A stretch of DNA of 64,000 nt from Thermodesulfobacteriota bacterium (GCA_034189385.1 JAXHVD010000002.1:1-64000); one strand, 5' to 3'. Numbered from the stretch's first letter, positions 1-9,777 are shown. The notes: generated by a model from the sequence alone, not told the origin. Numbers and translations are program-made.

Positions 1-120
1 AAGAAAGCCGTTTCGCATTTGCGTATGCTTCAAAAAAAACCAACAAGAGTGAAAAAGTACTTCAAACATCCAACCATAGCCTATGCAGCCTAGCTCGACT
101 ATTTTGTTGCCGGGTTAATA
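1..120 (+). mobile_element. Right end of an IS630-family element: transposase C-terminus (1-93) and terminal sequence ending in TA
   Basis: Frame 1 reads KKAVSHLRMLQKKPTRVKKYFKHPTIAYAA*, a typical IS630 transposase C-terminus. It is followed by TTGCCGGGTTAA-TA, consistent with the TA target. Confidence 0.75.
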
Positions 121-222
121 AGAAAGAATTAATTCGTCGACTTAGATTAATTGGCGATCAGTAGCAGTGAGATTTCAGTTTCTTAAATTAAGACCTCAGC
201 TAAGAGAGAAAGGACAAACAAC

Positions 223-1221
223 ATGAAAGCAATGCTTATTAATGCCTATGGCGAACACGCAGTATTTGAAGCTGCAGAAGTTGACAAACCTGAAGTAAAA
301 GCCGGTCATGTTTTAGCAAAGATCGCGGCATCAAGTGTCAACACGGTTGATACCATGATTCGCAAAATGGGCAAGGAGTTACCATTATCACCCGATACGC
401 CAGCTATTTTAGGAATGGACTTTGCCGGCACCGTTGAGGCAGTGGGCGACGGTGTTAAAGATTATTCAATTGGCGATGAAATATATGGCTGTGCAGGTGG
501 ATTAGCAGATTTACCTGGCACATTGGCTGAATACATGGTGGCCGACAGCAACTTGATTGCCCATAAACCAAAAAATTTGTCTATGCGAGAAGCCGCTGCA
601 TTGCCATTGGTTGCAATTACTGCCTACGAAGGCTTAATTCGTGCGGGTATCAAGAAAGGCCAGAAAGTTCTGGTGCATGGTGGCGCTGGTGGCGTTGGTC
701 ATGTTGCTTTGCAACTGGCAAAATATTTTGGTGCCGAAGTCTATTCTACTGGTGGCGGTGAAAAACAAATGGCATTAATCGAACAACTAGGTGCAACTGC
801 CATTAACTATAAAACTGAAACGGTTGAGCGGTACGTTGCCAAACATACCAATGGGGCAGGGTTTGCTTTGGTGTTCGATTCTGTTGGCGGTGCAAACATG
901 GCTAACTCATTTGAGGCGGCTGCGCTTAATGGTCAAATTGCCTCCACAGTTGCGTTATGTGATCTAGACTTATCTGTGGCCCACTTTAAGGGATTGTCGT
1001 TGCATATCGTATTTATGTTAATTCCTATGCTGCATAACGTTAAACGAGAAGAACATGCAGAGATTTTGCGCAACTTGACACAGATTGTTGAGTCTGGCGG
1101 ACTAAGACCTGTACTTGATGAAAACCGTTATTCACTTCAAGAAGTTGGACAAGCGCATGCTCGATTAGAGAGTGGAGAAGCTATGGGCAAAGTGGTTGTT
1201 GAAAATTACGAACCGTCGTAA
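223..1221 (+). CDS. MDR-family NADPH:quinone oxidoreductase / zinc-type ADH-like protein
   Basis: SVNTVD, GMDFAG, VLVHGGAGGVGH and C-terminal GKVVV motifs; RBS AAGGA. Confidence 0.9.
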   Translation: MKAMLINAYGEHAVFEAAEVDKPEVKAGHVLAKIAASSVNTVDTMIRKMGKELPLSPDTPAILGMDFAGTVEAVGDGVKDYSIGDEIYGCAGGLADLPGTLAEYMVADSNLIAHKPKNLSMREAAALPLVAITAYEGLIRAGIKKGQKVLVHGGAGGVGHVALQLAKYFGAEVYSTGGGEKQMALIEQLGATAINYKTETVERYVAKHTNGAGFALVFDSVGGANMANSFEAAALNGQIASTVALCDLDLSVAHFKGLSLHIVFMLIPMLHNVKREEHAEILRNLTQIVESGGLRPVLDENRYSLQEVGQAHARLESGEAMGKVVVENYEPS

Positions 1222-1236
1222 AGGGGTCAGGGTGAC

Positions 1237-1350
1237 AGGGAAGAGATTGGCGTGAATCATGTCGCGTTGAATCTGCGTTTCAATCAGGCTGACATTGAAG
1301 CGACGATGAAACGTTTGTCCGATGAACTTCTGCCAGACTTTAGTGAGTAA
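1237..1350 (+). pseudogene. C-terminal remnant of an LLM-class (luciferase-like) oxidoreductase
   Basis: Startless frame REEIGVNHVALNLRFNQADIEATMKRLSDELLPDFSE* resembles LLM C-termini. Confidence 0.65.
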
Positions 1351-1361
1351 GCGAGGGACGC

Positions 1362-2165
1362 ATGGCGAAAGGCATTCTACTAACAGGTGCAACGGATGGC
1401 ATCGGGCTGGAGACCGCCAAGGTGCTGGTCTCTCTTGGCCATAGTGTCTTGTTGCATGGTCGGAACGCTGCCAAGCTCAACAAAGTCGAACAGTCGCTAA
1501 CTTCTTGGTCCGGAACTCAGATCGAAAGTTACGTGGCTAACCTATCTCGCATGTCGGAGGTTGAGGCACTCGCGAGGGAGGTGGCTGAAAAGCACGCTAA
1601 ACTTGATGTGCTCATCAACAATGCAGGCGTCTATAGCGCGCCTGATCCTGTCACGCAGGACGAGCTTGATGTGCGGTTTGCCGTCAATACGATCGCTCCC
1701 TATCTCCTTACACAAAGGCTTTTGCCGCTCCTCGGGACATGGGGACGGGTGGTCAACCTGTCCTCCGCTGCGCAGTCTCCCGTCGATCCGATAGCGCTGG
1801 CCGGACAAGGCTGCCTGTCCGACGGCGCGGCTTATGCGCAAAGCAAACTGGCACTTACAATGTGGTCTCGCAGTATGGCCCTTTCGCTCAAGAATGACGG
1901 CCCGGTGATCATCGCGGTTAATCCCGGATCGATGCTCGGCAGCAAGATGGTGAAAGAGGCCTTTGGTGTGGCCGGTGGCGATCTCCGCATAGGCGCGGAA
2001 ATCCTCTGCCGCGCAGCACTGGACGATGAGTTCGCGTCAGCCTCCGGCCAGTATTTCGACAACGACTCCGGGCAGTTTGCCTCGCCCCACCCCGATGCAC
2101 TAAATCCACAAAAATCCGAAGAGATTGTGCGCGTTATCGAGGCTGTTTTGGCTGACAGGGCATAA
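1362..2165 (+). CDS. Short-chain dehydrogenase/reductase
   Basis: TGATDGIG, NNAG and YAQSK motifs. Confidence 0.92.
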   Translation: MAKGILLTGATDGIGLETAKVLVSLGHSVLLHGRNAAKLNKVEQSLTSWSGTQIESYVANLSRMSEVEALAREVAEKHAKLDVLINNAGVYSAPDPVTQDELDVRFAVNTIAPYLLTQRLLPLLGTWGRVVNLSSAAQSPVDPIALAGQGCLSDGAAYAQSKLALTMWSRSMALSLKNDGPVIIAVNPGSMLGSKMVKEAFGVAGGDLRIGAEILCRAALDDEFASASGQYFDNDSGQFASPHPDALNPQKSEEIVRVIEAVLADRA

Positions 2166-2328
2166 TCGGACGAGACTCATTTTTGATTTCAAAGTCCGAG
2201 TTCGCTGAAAAGCGGCTTAAACTAAGAAAACATCGCCAAGGGTCACATGGTGCCGCCGTTCGATTCTGAATCACTCATAACCAAGAAAGAAGGCATTCCT
2301 ACCATGAGGCGCGCCATATGAAACCACC

Positions 2329-2355
2329 TTGACATACTGTACAAAAAAGGTACAG
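2329..2355 (+). promoter_or_regulatory. -35 box with overlapping CTGTAC-N7-GTACAG inverted repeat (toxin-antitoxin-type operator)
   Basis: TTGACA then CTGTACaaaaaagGTACAG; similar TGTAC repeats lie upstream of yefM (10315-10342). Confidence 0.6.
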
Positions 2356-2386
2356 TTTTGTGCAATGTAGTGCCGGGAGGTGTCAG

Positions 2387-2623
2387 ATGAAAACAGTAAC
2401 CTTATTCCGCAAACAGGCATCAAGCCTTTTCTCTGCCGTGGAGGAGGGCGAGGTTCTTAAAGACGAGGAAGGCTTAGCGAACATGCGCCATCTGGGAAAA
2501 AGCATCGATTGGCTCGGCAAGACCATTACACCCCACATAAGGAACTATCCAAAGTCTTCGCTTTTTACAGAACTTATCACGGAACTACAAATGCGTTCAG
2601 AAGGCGCTCTATCGGTTTTTTGA
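2387..2623 (+). pseudogene. Chimeric ORF: Phd/YefM-like antitoxin N-terminus fused to a flavodoxin-family (NADPH-dependent FMN reductase) C-terminus
   Basis: MKTVTLFRKQASSLFSAVEEGEV is Phd-like; GEVLKDEEGLANMRHLGKSIDWLGK is a flavodoxin-family tail; RBS GGGAGG. Confidence 0.65.
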
Positions 2624-2632
2624 ATCTAGAAA

Positions 2633-2691
2633 AGCCAACAAAACTCATGCAGCCGACGCAAAAGTTGGGCGGCTGGTTAGCAGCATTTTAA
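2633..2691 (+). repeat. Degenerate attC site
   Basis: AGCCAAC...CAGCCGACGC..GGGCGGCTG...ATTTTAA; GTT core changed to ATT. Confidence 0.6.
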
Positions 2692-2759
2692 TCACAAGCG
2701 ACAATTCTCTTAGAATTCTGAAATCCTTTGATTGTGACCAATAACATGGAAGAGGACTT

Positions 2760-3242
2760 ATGGCTTCATTGAATCCAGAACATGTCCAAGCAGTCATCAG
2801 AGCAATTAATCAGGCACCCTATTTTAGACATTTATCAATGCCTGTTAAAGCGATCGGAACTGGATATGCAATTGTCGAACTTAAAGTGAGTAATGAACAC
2901 TTGAATCCTTTTGGCGGGATTCATGGAGGTGTTTATGCTTCTGTAGTCGATACTGCCGCATACTGGGCTGTATATTGCGAATTAGACGAAGGGGTTGGAT
3001 ATATATCGATCGACCTAAAGATCGATTATTTGGCTCCAACTAGGGATGGGATCATTATAACGAAGGGACGAAGCATTAAGGTCGGCAGATCTATGTGCCT
3101 GGCAGAAGCGACTGCTACCGATCAAGATGGCAAATGGTTGGCACATGGCACATCAAAGATGATGGTGACAAAGGGGCTTCAGACGATTGAGAATGCCCTT
3201 CGCTTCACGGGCTCCAAGACACTTCCTGCAAAATTTATCTAA
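2760..3242 (+). CDS. PaaI-family thioesterase
   Basis: HLNPFGGIHGG...DTA hot-dog fold motif. Confidence 0.92.
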   Translation: MASLNPEHVQAVIRAINQAPYFRHLSMPVKAIGTGYAIVELKVSNEHLNPFGGIHGGVYASVVDTAAYWAVYCELDEGVGYISIDLKIDYLAPTRDGIIITKGRSIKVGRSMCLAEATATDQDGKWLAHGTSKMMVTKGLQTIENALRFTGSKTLPAKFI

Positions 3243-3273
3243 ATAGGAATCTCATTCATCATGGGCTAACATA

Positions 3274-3335
3274 ATATAACGTTTCGCTGGTGTGGGACGG
3301 CTCGTACCTCGCCTCCCCACAGCAAAGCGATATTT
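3274..3335 (+). repeat. Degenerate attC site
   Basis: ATATAAC gtttcGCTGgTGTGGG...CCCACAGCaaagc GATATTT; GTT changed to GAT. Confidence 0.6.
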
Positions 3336-3614
3336 ATGAGAACAGGAAAATTGTGAAGTATTGTACACGGTTTTGCTGGCTGCTATCAGGGATAACTATT
3401 TGAATGTCTGTATTTTTTAGCTCTCTAAATGAAAACTGCACTTTTTTTCACAAGGTCGAAGGCGCCTTCCGTTAAATCCTCCAACGAGAATCTCGCACGT
3501 CCGTATGTACGTCATTGACAATGCTAAGCCGTTCTTGTAAAATTTTCACCAATGATCGGTGCTACTTGAAGATCAAATATCGGTCACAGAATTGGAGCGA
3601 GCAGGAGGGTTATC

Positions 3615-3668
3615 ATGCCTGCCTACGACTTCTTCTGCGAAAAATACAAGTGGAACGTTTACCCGTAG
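3615..3668 (+). pseudogene. Truncated FmdB-like zinc-ribbon N-terminus
   Basis: AGGAGG RBS then MPAYDFFCEKYK followed by an early stop. Confidence 0.4.
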
Positions 3669-3680
3669 GAGGAATGAGTC

Positions 3681-3884
3681 ATGTTGGAAGACAGCCACAC
3701 GGCAGCAAAATTCTGCAGGGATTGTAGTAAGACACGTCCATGGGAGGACAGGTTCTGCCACTCCTGTTGTGGTACACTCCTGACTGTAGTGTGTCTACAG
3801 TGTGAGAAGGAGTTAGCTAAGGGCTACACCCATTGTCCATATACTGGTAAACCTCTTGCACACAAATATGAACCAGAACCTTGA
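3681..3884 (+). CDS. Small double zinc-ribbon protein
   Basis: CRDC, CHSC, CLQC and CPYT motifs; AGGAGG upstream. Confidence 0.6.
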   Translation: MLEDSHTAAKFCRDCSKTRPWEDRFCHSCCGTLLTVVCLQCEKELAKGYTHCPYTGKPLAHKYEPEP

Positions 3885-4312
3885 TTCTATTTTTCTCCTC
3901 TAGGCATTCGGCGCACCAGAGGCATAATGTATTGCCCTCCACTCGATAAATCCCACAGGATCTTTGCAGCAGAAACTGCGGGGTCCCGACCCCAGCTTAA
4001 GCCTTTAATATCCCTTGACATTGTCTTCGATTTCCATTAAAGACCTATCAGGTAAAGCCACTGATTTCATGTTTAAAGGGCTTGGCAAGGTGTCTATGAT
4101 CGGCCTCTCCGCGGTATGAGTTTCCATGTTACGAGTTCATCTTTAACTAGGCTTGACAGTGACGGCAGCCTTAACCAGTTTGTTTGGGCTCGGACCATGG
4201 CAACTGGTAGGGATGGCAGGATATAGTGGTGAAAATGGCCCGTAAATGGGCCTTAGAGTGGGGTTTTTGGTATTGAAATCAGGTTCTAAGATTAAGATGC
4301 TTTTGCACTGCC

Positions 4313-4554
4313 ACGCCAAGAGCAAGTCGTCATTACGTGCCTGGATATGTTTGGCACATTACCCATCGTTGCCACAAGAAGGAGTTTCTTCTTAGATTTG
4401 CCCAGGACCATGCAGTCGGTGGCTGGACGAACCGGCCAGGGATACAATCAGAGGAAGAAGCGAAAGGGTAATTTCTGGGAAGATAGGTATCACGCCACGG
4501 CAGTCCAATGGGATAGCCATCTAGTAAAGTGCATGGTTCTATATTGATTTGAAC
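4313..4554 (+). pseudogene. Internally deleted RAYT / Y1 HUH transposase remnant
   Basis: (ACG)PRASRHYVPGYVWHITHRCHKKEFLLRF joins in another frame to MQSVAGRTGQGYNQRKKRKGNFWEDRYH..YIDLN; the HUH segment is missing. Confidence 0.85.
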
Positions 4555-4648
4555 TGAATAAGCGAGGGCATTCTCCACAGGAGAGCTACCGCAGCCCCCG
4601 TGGGTTCTGCCTGACGGCAGTACTTCTGAGGCCACGGGGAGGGTTCAA
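4549..4648 (+). mobile_element. TTGAA...TTCAA palindromic miniature element, copy 1
   Basis: Shares GCATTCTCCACAGGAGAGCTACCGCAGCCCCCGT with copies at 26285 and 35394, and ends with GGGGAGGGTTCAA like the 26285 copy. Confidence 0.75.
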
Positions 4649-5454
4649 TGACAAATTTGATTATAGCAGGCTTTCTTGTTTTAATTGTGGCTGTTGCCAT
4701 GACCATGGTGGGGAAGGGAGGCGGTAATTTCTATGTTGTAATTTTGGCGATGGCCAACGTGCCCATGCACGAGGCAGCGACAACCGGTCAGTTTATTCTT
4801 TTTTCAGCATCTATTGCGGCAATGATGATTTTTCAAAAGAATAGATCTGTATCATGGACATTGGCTGTCTTCATTGGAACTTTTACAGCCTTATCGGCAC
4901 TGGGAGGGGGTTATGCTTCTCATTGGTTCAGTGGTTTTTCGCTAAAAGTGATATTTGCTGTTATGCTGTTGATAGCAGGTGCAGTAATGCTCATTCCTGT
5001 ATCAGACAATAGAAATTTGGCTAGAAACAGGTATGCTGGAATCATAAATATAGAATCTGGTATTGAAAGATATCGTGTAAATTTATGGTTTGCATTGCCA
5101 TTCATTGTTTTGACAGGTTTTGGTTCTGGAATGGTGGGTGTATCAGGAGGATCTTTTTTGGTTCCGCTTATGGTATTGGCCTGCGGAGTCCCAATGCATA
5201 AGGCAGTTGGAACGGCATCCACTTTAATAGCGGCAACTGCCTTTATGGGTTTTATGGGCCATGCTGTTAAGGGGGATTTTAATCCCTCATGGGCTATTCC
5301 ATTGGCTTTGATTACAATTATCGGAGGAACAATAGGTGGTAAGTTTGCTTTGAAAACAAAGCCTAAACATCTTAAAATACTCTTTGCTTATACGAATTGG
5401 CTTGCGGCCCTTTTCATGATTATAAACGCATTTTATACAAAAAGAATCACATAG
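4648..5454 (+). CDS. Sulfite exporter TauE/SafE (TSUP) family membrane protein
   Basis: GKGGG and SGMVGVSGGSFLVP repeats, AVGTAS, multiple TM helices. Confidence 0.9.
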   Translation: MTNLIIAGFLVLIVAVAMTMVGKGGGNFYVVILAMANVPMHEAATTGQFILFSASIAAMMIFQKNRSVSWTLAVFIGTFTALSALGGGYASHWFSGFSLKVIFAVMLLIAGAVMLIPVSDNRNLARNRYAGIINIESGIERYRVNLWFALPFIVLTGFGSGMVGVSGGSFLVPLMVLACGVPMHKAVGTASTLIAATAFMGFMGHAVKGDFNPSWAIPLALITIIGGTIGGKFALKTKPKHLKILFAYTNWLAALFMIINAFYTKRIT

Positions 5455-5463
5455 ATATGGCGA

Positions 5464-5535
5464 GAATAACAATAGGATGAACTTGGATTTGAAAAAGCTG
5501 GCGCTTTTTCCAACCGCTTATCCCAATCGTTAAAC
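5464..5535 (+). repeat. attC site with intact cores
   Basis: GAATAAC...GAAAAAGC tggc GCTTTTTC...GTTAAAC; the next ORF starts 10 nt later. Confidence 0.8.
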
Positions 5536-5544
5536 GGAAATGAG

Positions 5545-6702
5545 ATGAAGTGCTACTTACACATTGGAACGGAAAAGACGGGTTCTACAGCAATACAGAG
5601 ATTCTTGTACCTGAACCGCAACGTTCTTGCCCGCTGTGGATGTTTATACACCACTTCAAGTGGCTCTGCTAGCAATCGTGCGCTGCCCGTGGCTGCATAT
5701 AACTCAAACCGACGCGATGACTTCACCCAGAAACAGGCTATTCACGATGATCAGACACTGAAAATGTATCAGAAGTCCGTCGTGAAAGCGCTTTCGCAAG
5801 AATTGGCCCAATTGAGGACGCTATTTGATGTGAATTGTGTTGTATTCTCGTCTGAACACATCCATTCTCGACTTCGTACAATGGAGGAACTCGATAGACT
5901 CAACCGCATCCTTCGTGGGCTCGGTTTTGACCTAATCGTGGTCATCGTTTATCTGCGAGAGCCAGCTGACGCTGCCACCTCGCTATATAGCACAGCAGTC
6001 AAGTGTGGGGCCACAGATCGGCGTCCGCCACCACCGGACAATGAATACTATCGAAATCTATGTGATCATCGTAGTACATTACTTAGGTATCGTGATAAGT
6101 TCGGGCCCGATGCCGTCGTCCCGCGTCTTTACGACAGGTCGGAGTTCATCAATGGTTCCATTATTGAAGACTTCATGGATGCCATTGGTGTCGATGTGCC
6201 GTTTGCCCAGTGCATTTTGCCACGGCGAGAAAATCCCCGCCTGAGTGCCACGGGCCTTGAACTTCTCCGCAGGATCAACGAGAGGATTCCGGCTTTTCTG
6301 GACAATGGATCAGTCAACGACCTGCGTGGAGAGATTGCCTCATATGTGGGGAGGTACGTTTCTAGTGGTGTGCGCTACACTATGCCACCGGAAGTGAGAA
6401 GAGAGTATGAGGAAGCCTTTGCCAACTCTAATGAGTGGGTAAGGAAAGAGTACTTCCCAGAGCGACGTAGACTGTTTCCGACGACCTATGTGTCATCATC
6501 TGGGCAGCGTCAGAAGGGCGCGCTGGGCGGCCACGTGACGAAACTTGCCGAGAGGATCTCAGCAATATGGCTCGATAATGCAAAGGCGACTTCCGAGCTT
6601 CAGCTCAGTCGAAGCTATCGGCTTGCCCGACGGTGTTCCCATGCCGCACAGGTGGTACGCCGCTTAACAAGACGTTGCACCGGACCCTTTCGGCGCCCGT
6701 GA
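5545..6702 (+). CDS. Sulfotransferase-like / P-loop family protein
   Basis: LHIGTEKTGSTAIQ, SSEH, IVYLREP; the ORF runs into the following attC. Confidence 0.75.
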   Translation: MKCYLHIGTEKTGSTAIQRFLYLNRNVLARCGCLYTTSSGSASNRALPVAAYNSNRRDDFTQKQAIHDDQTLKMYQKSVVKALSQELAQLRTLFDVNCVVFSSEHIHSRLRTMEELDRLNRILRGLGFDLIVVIVYLREPADAATSLYSTAVKCGATDRRPPPPDNEYYRNLCDHRSTLLRYRDKFGPDAVVPRLYDRSEFINGSIIEDFMDAIGVDVPFAQCILPRRENPRLSATGLELLRRINERIPAFLDNGSVNDLRGEIASYVGRYVSSGVRYTMPPEVRREYEEAFANSNEWVRKEYFPERRRLFPTTYVSSSGQRQKGALGGHVTKLAERISAIWLDNAKATSELQLSRSYRLARRCSHAAQVVRRLTRRCTGPFRRP

Positions 6703-6713
6703 CCGCATTAGGC
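6662..6713 (+). repeat. Degenerate attC site
   Basis: GCTTAAC aagacgttgcaccggac...cgcccgtga..ATTAGGC; GTT changed to ATT. Confidence 0.65.
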
Positions 6714-6755
6714 TCTTTTATGCCAGCGAGAAGTCCATCTAAGTTAGAGTTTTTA

Positions 6756-6951
6756 CGGGATGTTGCCCAAACCGCAATCTCTTTGACCGGTTCGTTGGGG
6801 CGTTTTTTGCCGACAAATCTTGGCGATGCGCAAGACAAGCGATTTCAACTGCTTGAGCCCGAAGGGCGAGTTTTGAAAGCGCCTGGAGCAAGCCTTAGAT
6901 TTGTCAAAAAACGTCTCAGAACAAGGGAAAAGAGATTTGGGCAACAGCCCG
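6756..6951. mobile_element. 196-bp MITE, copy 1
   Basis: 16-bp TIR CGGGATGTTGCCCAAA / TTTGGGCAACAGCCCG; 4-bp TSD TTTA; near-identical to 10361-10556. Confidence 0.9.
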
Positions 6952-7006
6952 TTTAGAGTTGACTTGATTTACTTTAACAATAGCCATCCTTGGAAAGGAG
7001 AACACA

Positions 7007-7438
7007 ATGAAATCAATTGGAATAAAATGTGAAATTTTGGCTTGCATCCTTATTGTAGCGTTGGGTGTCTGCGCCTGTGCAACTAAAAGTGACTATTGCG
7101 CTCAGTGCATTCAAAAAAACCCATCAAGCTCAACTGGAGAAGAAGATAAACAGGTGCACCAATGGCAGATCGACGCTGCGTCAAAGATTGACTGCTGGTG
7201 GGAATGTACGTCGCCGACAAAATATCCTGAGGGCGGTGAGGACGCAACGTGCTCGACAGGATCATTTTTTGTGCCACCAGGGACCATTCTTGCCCGCCGA
7301 GATGGCAGCGAATGGGTGCCACCGAATGCTTCAGAGTGGACTAAAGTGTGTGGATGGCCATGTCGGATTGTGCGAATCAACATCCTGGGCTTTTCCTTCG
7401 GCGGAGACTGCACACCGACCAACGAAGTTAAAGAATAG
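7007..7438 (+). CDS. Cysteine-rich putative lipoprotein of unknown function
   Basis: AAGGAG RBS, signal peptide with lipobox-like VCAC, many Cys and Trp residues. Confidence 0.6.
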   Translation: MKSIGIKCEILACILIVALGVCACATKSDYCAQCIQKNPSSSTGEEDKQVHQWQIDAASKIDCWWECTSPTKYPEGGEDATCSTGSFFVPPGTILARRDGSEWVPPNASEWTKVCGWPCRIVRINILGFSFGGDCTPTNEVKE

Positions 7439-7473
7439 CTCCAGGGTCATCAAGGTTGTCCAAACTTATCACC

Positions 7474-7552
7474 GCCTAGCCCGTGATTCCAGCGGACGGC
7501 GTGGGCTTCCCCTTGGCTACATGCCCCCCCGCCGCTGAATTCGTCGTTAGTG
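7474..7552 (+). repeat. Degenerate attC site
   Basis: GCCTAGC..ttcCAGCGGaCG...CGCCGCTGaa..GTTAGTG; AAC changed to AGC. Confidence 0.7.
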
Positions 7553-7559
7553 ATCAAAG

Positions 7560-8405
7560 ATGACAAATATGTTTGCCCAACTGGAAGAAATCAATAGTCG
7601 TCCAGAACCTTTTGAGTTCTACACGGCGGCTGACCTGTGGACGGACGAACACACCTCAGAACAGATGCTCGCCTACCATCTCAACGGCGATATTGATGTG
7701 TCTTCTCGACGGGGCGCGTTCATAGACCAATCCGTGGAATGGATGGCTTCACATTTCAATATTGGCCCCGATACCCGGATTGCCGATTTCGGCTGCGGTC
7801 CCGGCCTCTACGCGAAACGACTCGCAGGACTTGGGGCAATTGTAACTGGCGTTGACTTTTCGCAACGCTCCATTGAATACGCCCGAGGGGTCGCTGCTGA
7901 CACAGGGCTGGCCGTTGAGTACGTCGATAAGAACTACCTGGAGTTCGAAACGGAATGGCGGTTCGATCTTGTCTTGATGATCATGTGTGATTTGTGCGCA
8001 CTGAGCCCCTCACAGCGAACGACCATGCTTAAGAAATTCCACTCCTTGCTCTTTCCGGGTGGGTCTGTCCTTCTCGACGTCTACTCTATGAATGCGTTCA
8101 AGCAACGCGAGGAGGCAACCTCATATGGAGTGAATCTGCTTGGTGGGTTCTGGTCAGCGGAGAAGTACTACGGGTTCCTGAATACTTTCAAATACGACGA
8201 TGCAAAGGTCGTTTTGGACAAATATACCATCGTCGAAGCTGATCGAATACGAACCATCTATAACTGGCTGCAGTACTTTTCTCCGGCGTCGCTGCGGCAG
8301 GAGTTTGAGGAGGCAGGTTTCACACAGCATGAACTCTATGGTGACGTGGCAGGCACACCGTTTGATGAGACTGCTACTGAGTTTGCCATTGTTGGGAAGA
8401 AATGA
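7560..8405 (+). CDS. Class I SAM-dependent methyltransferase
   Basis: ADFGCGPG, GVDFS and FDLV motifs. Confidence 0.92.
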   Translation: MTNMFAQLEEINSRPEPFEFYTAADLWTDEHTSEQMLAYHLNGDIDVSSRRGAFIDQSVEWMASHFNIGPDTRIADFGCGPGLYAKRLAGLGAIVTGVDFSQRSIEYARGVAADTGLAVEYVDKNYLEFETEWRFDLVLMIMCDLCALSPSQRTTMLKKFHSLLFPGGSVLLDVYSMNAFKQREEATSYGVNLLGGFWSAEKYYGFLNTFKYDDAKVVLDKYTIVEADRIRTIYNWLQYFSPASLRQEFEEAGFTQHELYGDVAGTPFDETATEFAIVGKK

Positions 8406-8555
8406 CAAAGGGTGCCTCATGGATGGACCATCCCAAGCACCTACGTATGGACGCTACCGGTAGCCTCCCACCTCAGAACACCAATCCAGATTTTGGCTTC
8501 CGTTGTGTTCGGGTGCCCTTCGATGTTTGCCCTAAAACAAAAAAAAGGATGAACA

Positions 8556-8993
8556 ATGAAAGCTGAAATTTGGGCCGTTCTTACCGCCTTTTGTTGGGGC
8601 GCCGGATCACTGCTGGAGAAAAAGGGCGTCAAGCTTGGAGGACTTACCCCGGTAATGGGCACCGTAATCAGAACGACGTTTTCTCTCCTATTTTTGTTGG
8701 CAGTTTCTTTTCCTTTCTGGGGACAGGTCAGAATGGCTGGGATCAAATCGATTTCACTGATCGCAATAGGTGGTGGCGTCGTTGCTGGTGGACTGGGAAT
8801 CGTTTTTTTGTACACAGGACTAAAGTCGGGTAATCTCTCAACGGTAATGACCATCGCGTTTTGTCTCGCTCCAGTAATCGGCACAGCACTTGGCTACTTT
8901 GTTCTGCATGAGAAGTTGACATCAGTGCAGATTATGGGAATCTTTCTCTGCGTAACAGGGGCAGCCCTGGTTACTTACTTTAAACAGGCATGA
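8556..8993 (+). CDS. EamA/DMT family transporter (single domain)
   Basis: AFCWG and LHEKLT motifs, about five TM helices. Confidence 0.85.
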   Translation: MKAEIWAVLTAFCWGAGSLLEKKGVKLGGLTPVMGTVIRTTFSLLFLLAVSFPFWGQVRMAGIKSISLIAIGGGVVAGGLGIVFLYTGLKSGNLSTVMTIAFCLAPVIGTALGYFVLHEKLTSVQIMGIFLCVTGAALVTYFKQA

Positions 8994-9064
8994 ATACCAG
9001 CCAACAAATTGCTGGAAAAGGATGCGGAATTGCCCTTAAGTTGATTGCCTTGGCGCACCTGCGG

Positions 9065-9193
9065 CGCGAACAAGTCATTCGACCAGACAACCCGGACTTT
9101 GCCGGGGCTGCCGCCTTGCCGTCGCTATTGGGCAAAAGGCTTTGCCTTCTGCCCCCGCGACGTCTGCGCTTGCCGGTCAATTCCGCATTAGGC
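9065..9193 (+). repeat. Long degenerate attC site, preceded by a half-site at 8999-9027
   Basis: CGCGAAC aagtcattcGACCaGaCAA...TTGCCGGTCaattccgc ATTAGGC; the half-site AGCCAACaaattgctggaaaaggatgcg resembles the site at 10574. Confidence 0.65.
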
Positions 9194-9255
9194 CAACGCT
9201 ATGGCTCAGTCCGATGCTGTTATGATTAACCAATCAAGAATTGAAAGGAATTGAA

Positions 9256-9708
9256 ATGGATTCAACGACAAAAATTGGAATAGTTATCTGCGATCGCTAC
9301 CGCCGTTGTGCGGGCGGAAAGTGTTTTCGAGCGATGAGAAAAAAGGAGGGGGCTTTCAGCATATACAAGGACACCGAGGTTGAGTTGGTTGGTTTTACAA
9401 CGTGCGATGGTTGTCCTGGCGGGAACGTAGAATATGCGGGCGAAGAGATGGTGAAGAATGGCACAGAGGTTATTCATTTAGCGACTGGCCTGGTGGTTGG
9501 CTATCCGCCCTGTGCCTATATCAATACATTCAAAAGCTTTCTTGAAAAGCGCTATGACGTCAAAGTCGTTGTAGGCACGCACCCTATACCGAAGAAGTAT
9601 CTTGACATGCATAGTCATCTTGGAACATGGGAGAACTCTGCATGGGAGCCACTTATCGCCCCGACCATGAGTGATGAAGCGACCCGTGCAAGTTATGATG
9701 AAGCATAG
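9256..9708 (+). CDS. CGGC domain-containing protein
   Basis: CAGGKC, CDGCPG, HLATG and GTHP motifs. Confidence 0.88.
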   Translation: MDSTTKIGIVICDRYRRCAGGKCFRAMRKKEGAFSIYKDTEVELVGFTTCDGCPGGNVEYAGEEMVKNGTEVIHLATGLVVGYPPCAYINTFKSFLEKRYDVKVVVGTHPIPKKYLDMHSHLGTWENSAWEPLIAPTMSDEATRASYDEA

Positions 9709-9720
9709 TCACTAAAGGCG

Positions 9721-9777
9721 TGATTAAGCGTTTTGCAGCGGACGCAAAAACCGTGCGGCTGATTAGAGGCGGTGGGT
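9721..9777 (+). repeat. Degenerate attC site
   Basis: TGCAGCGGACGCAAAAACCGTGCGGCTGATTAG core related to the 2633 site; ends GGTGGGT. Confidence 0.6.

Noticed and set aside
6633..6956. ORFs at 6633, 6753, 10229, 10340, 26174 and 30009
   Set aside because: They are translations of MITE/attC palindromes, not genes.
8406..8545. Expected attC between the methyltransferase and EamA genes
   Set aside because: No convincing core sites or stem could be identified.
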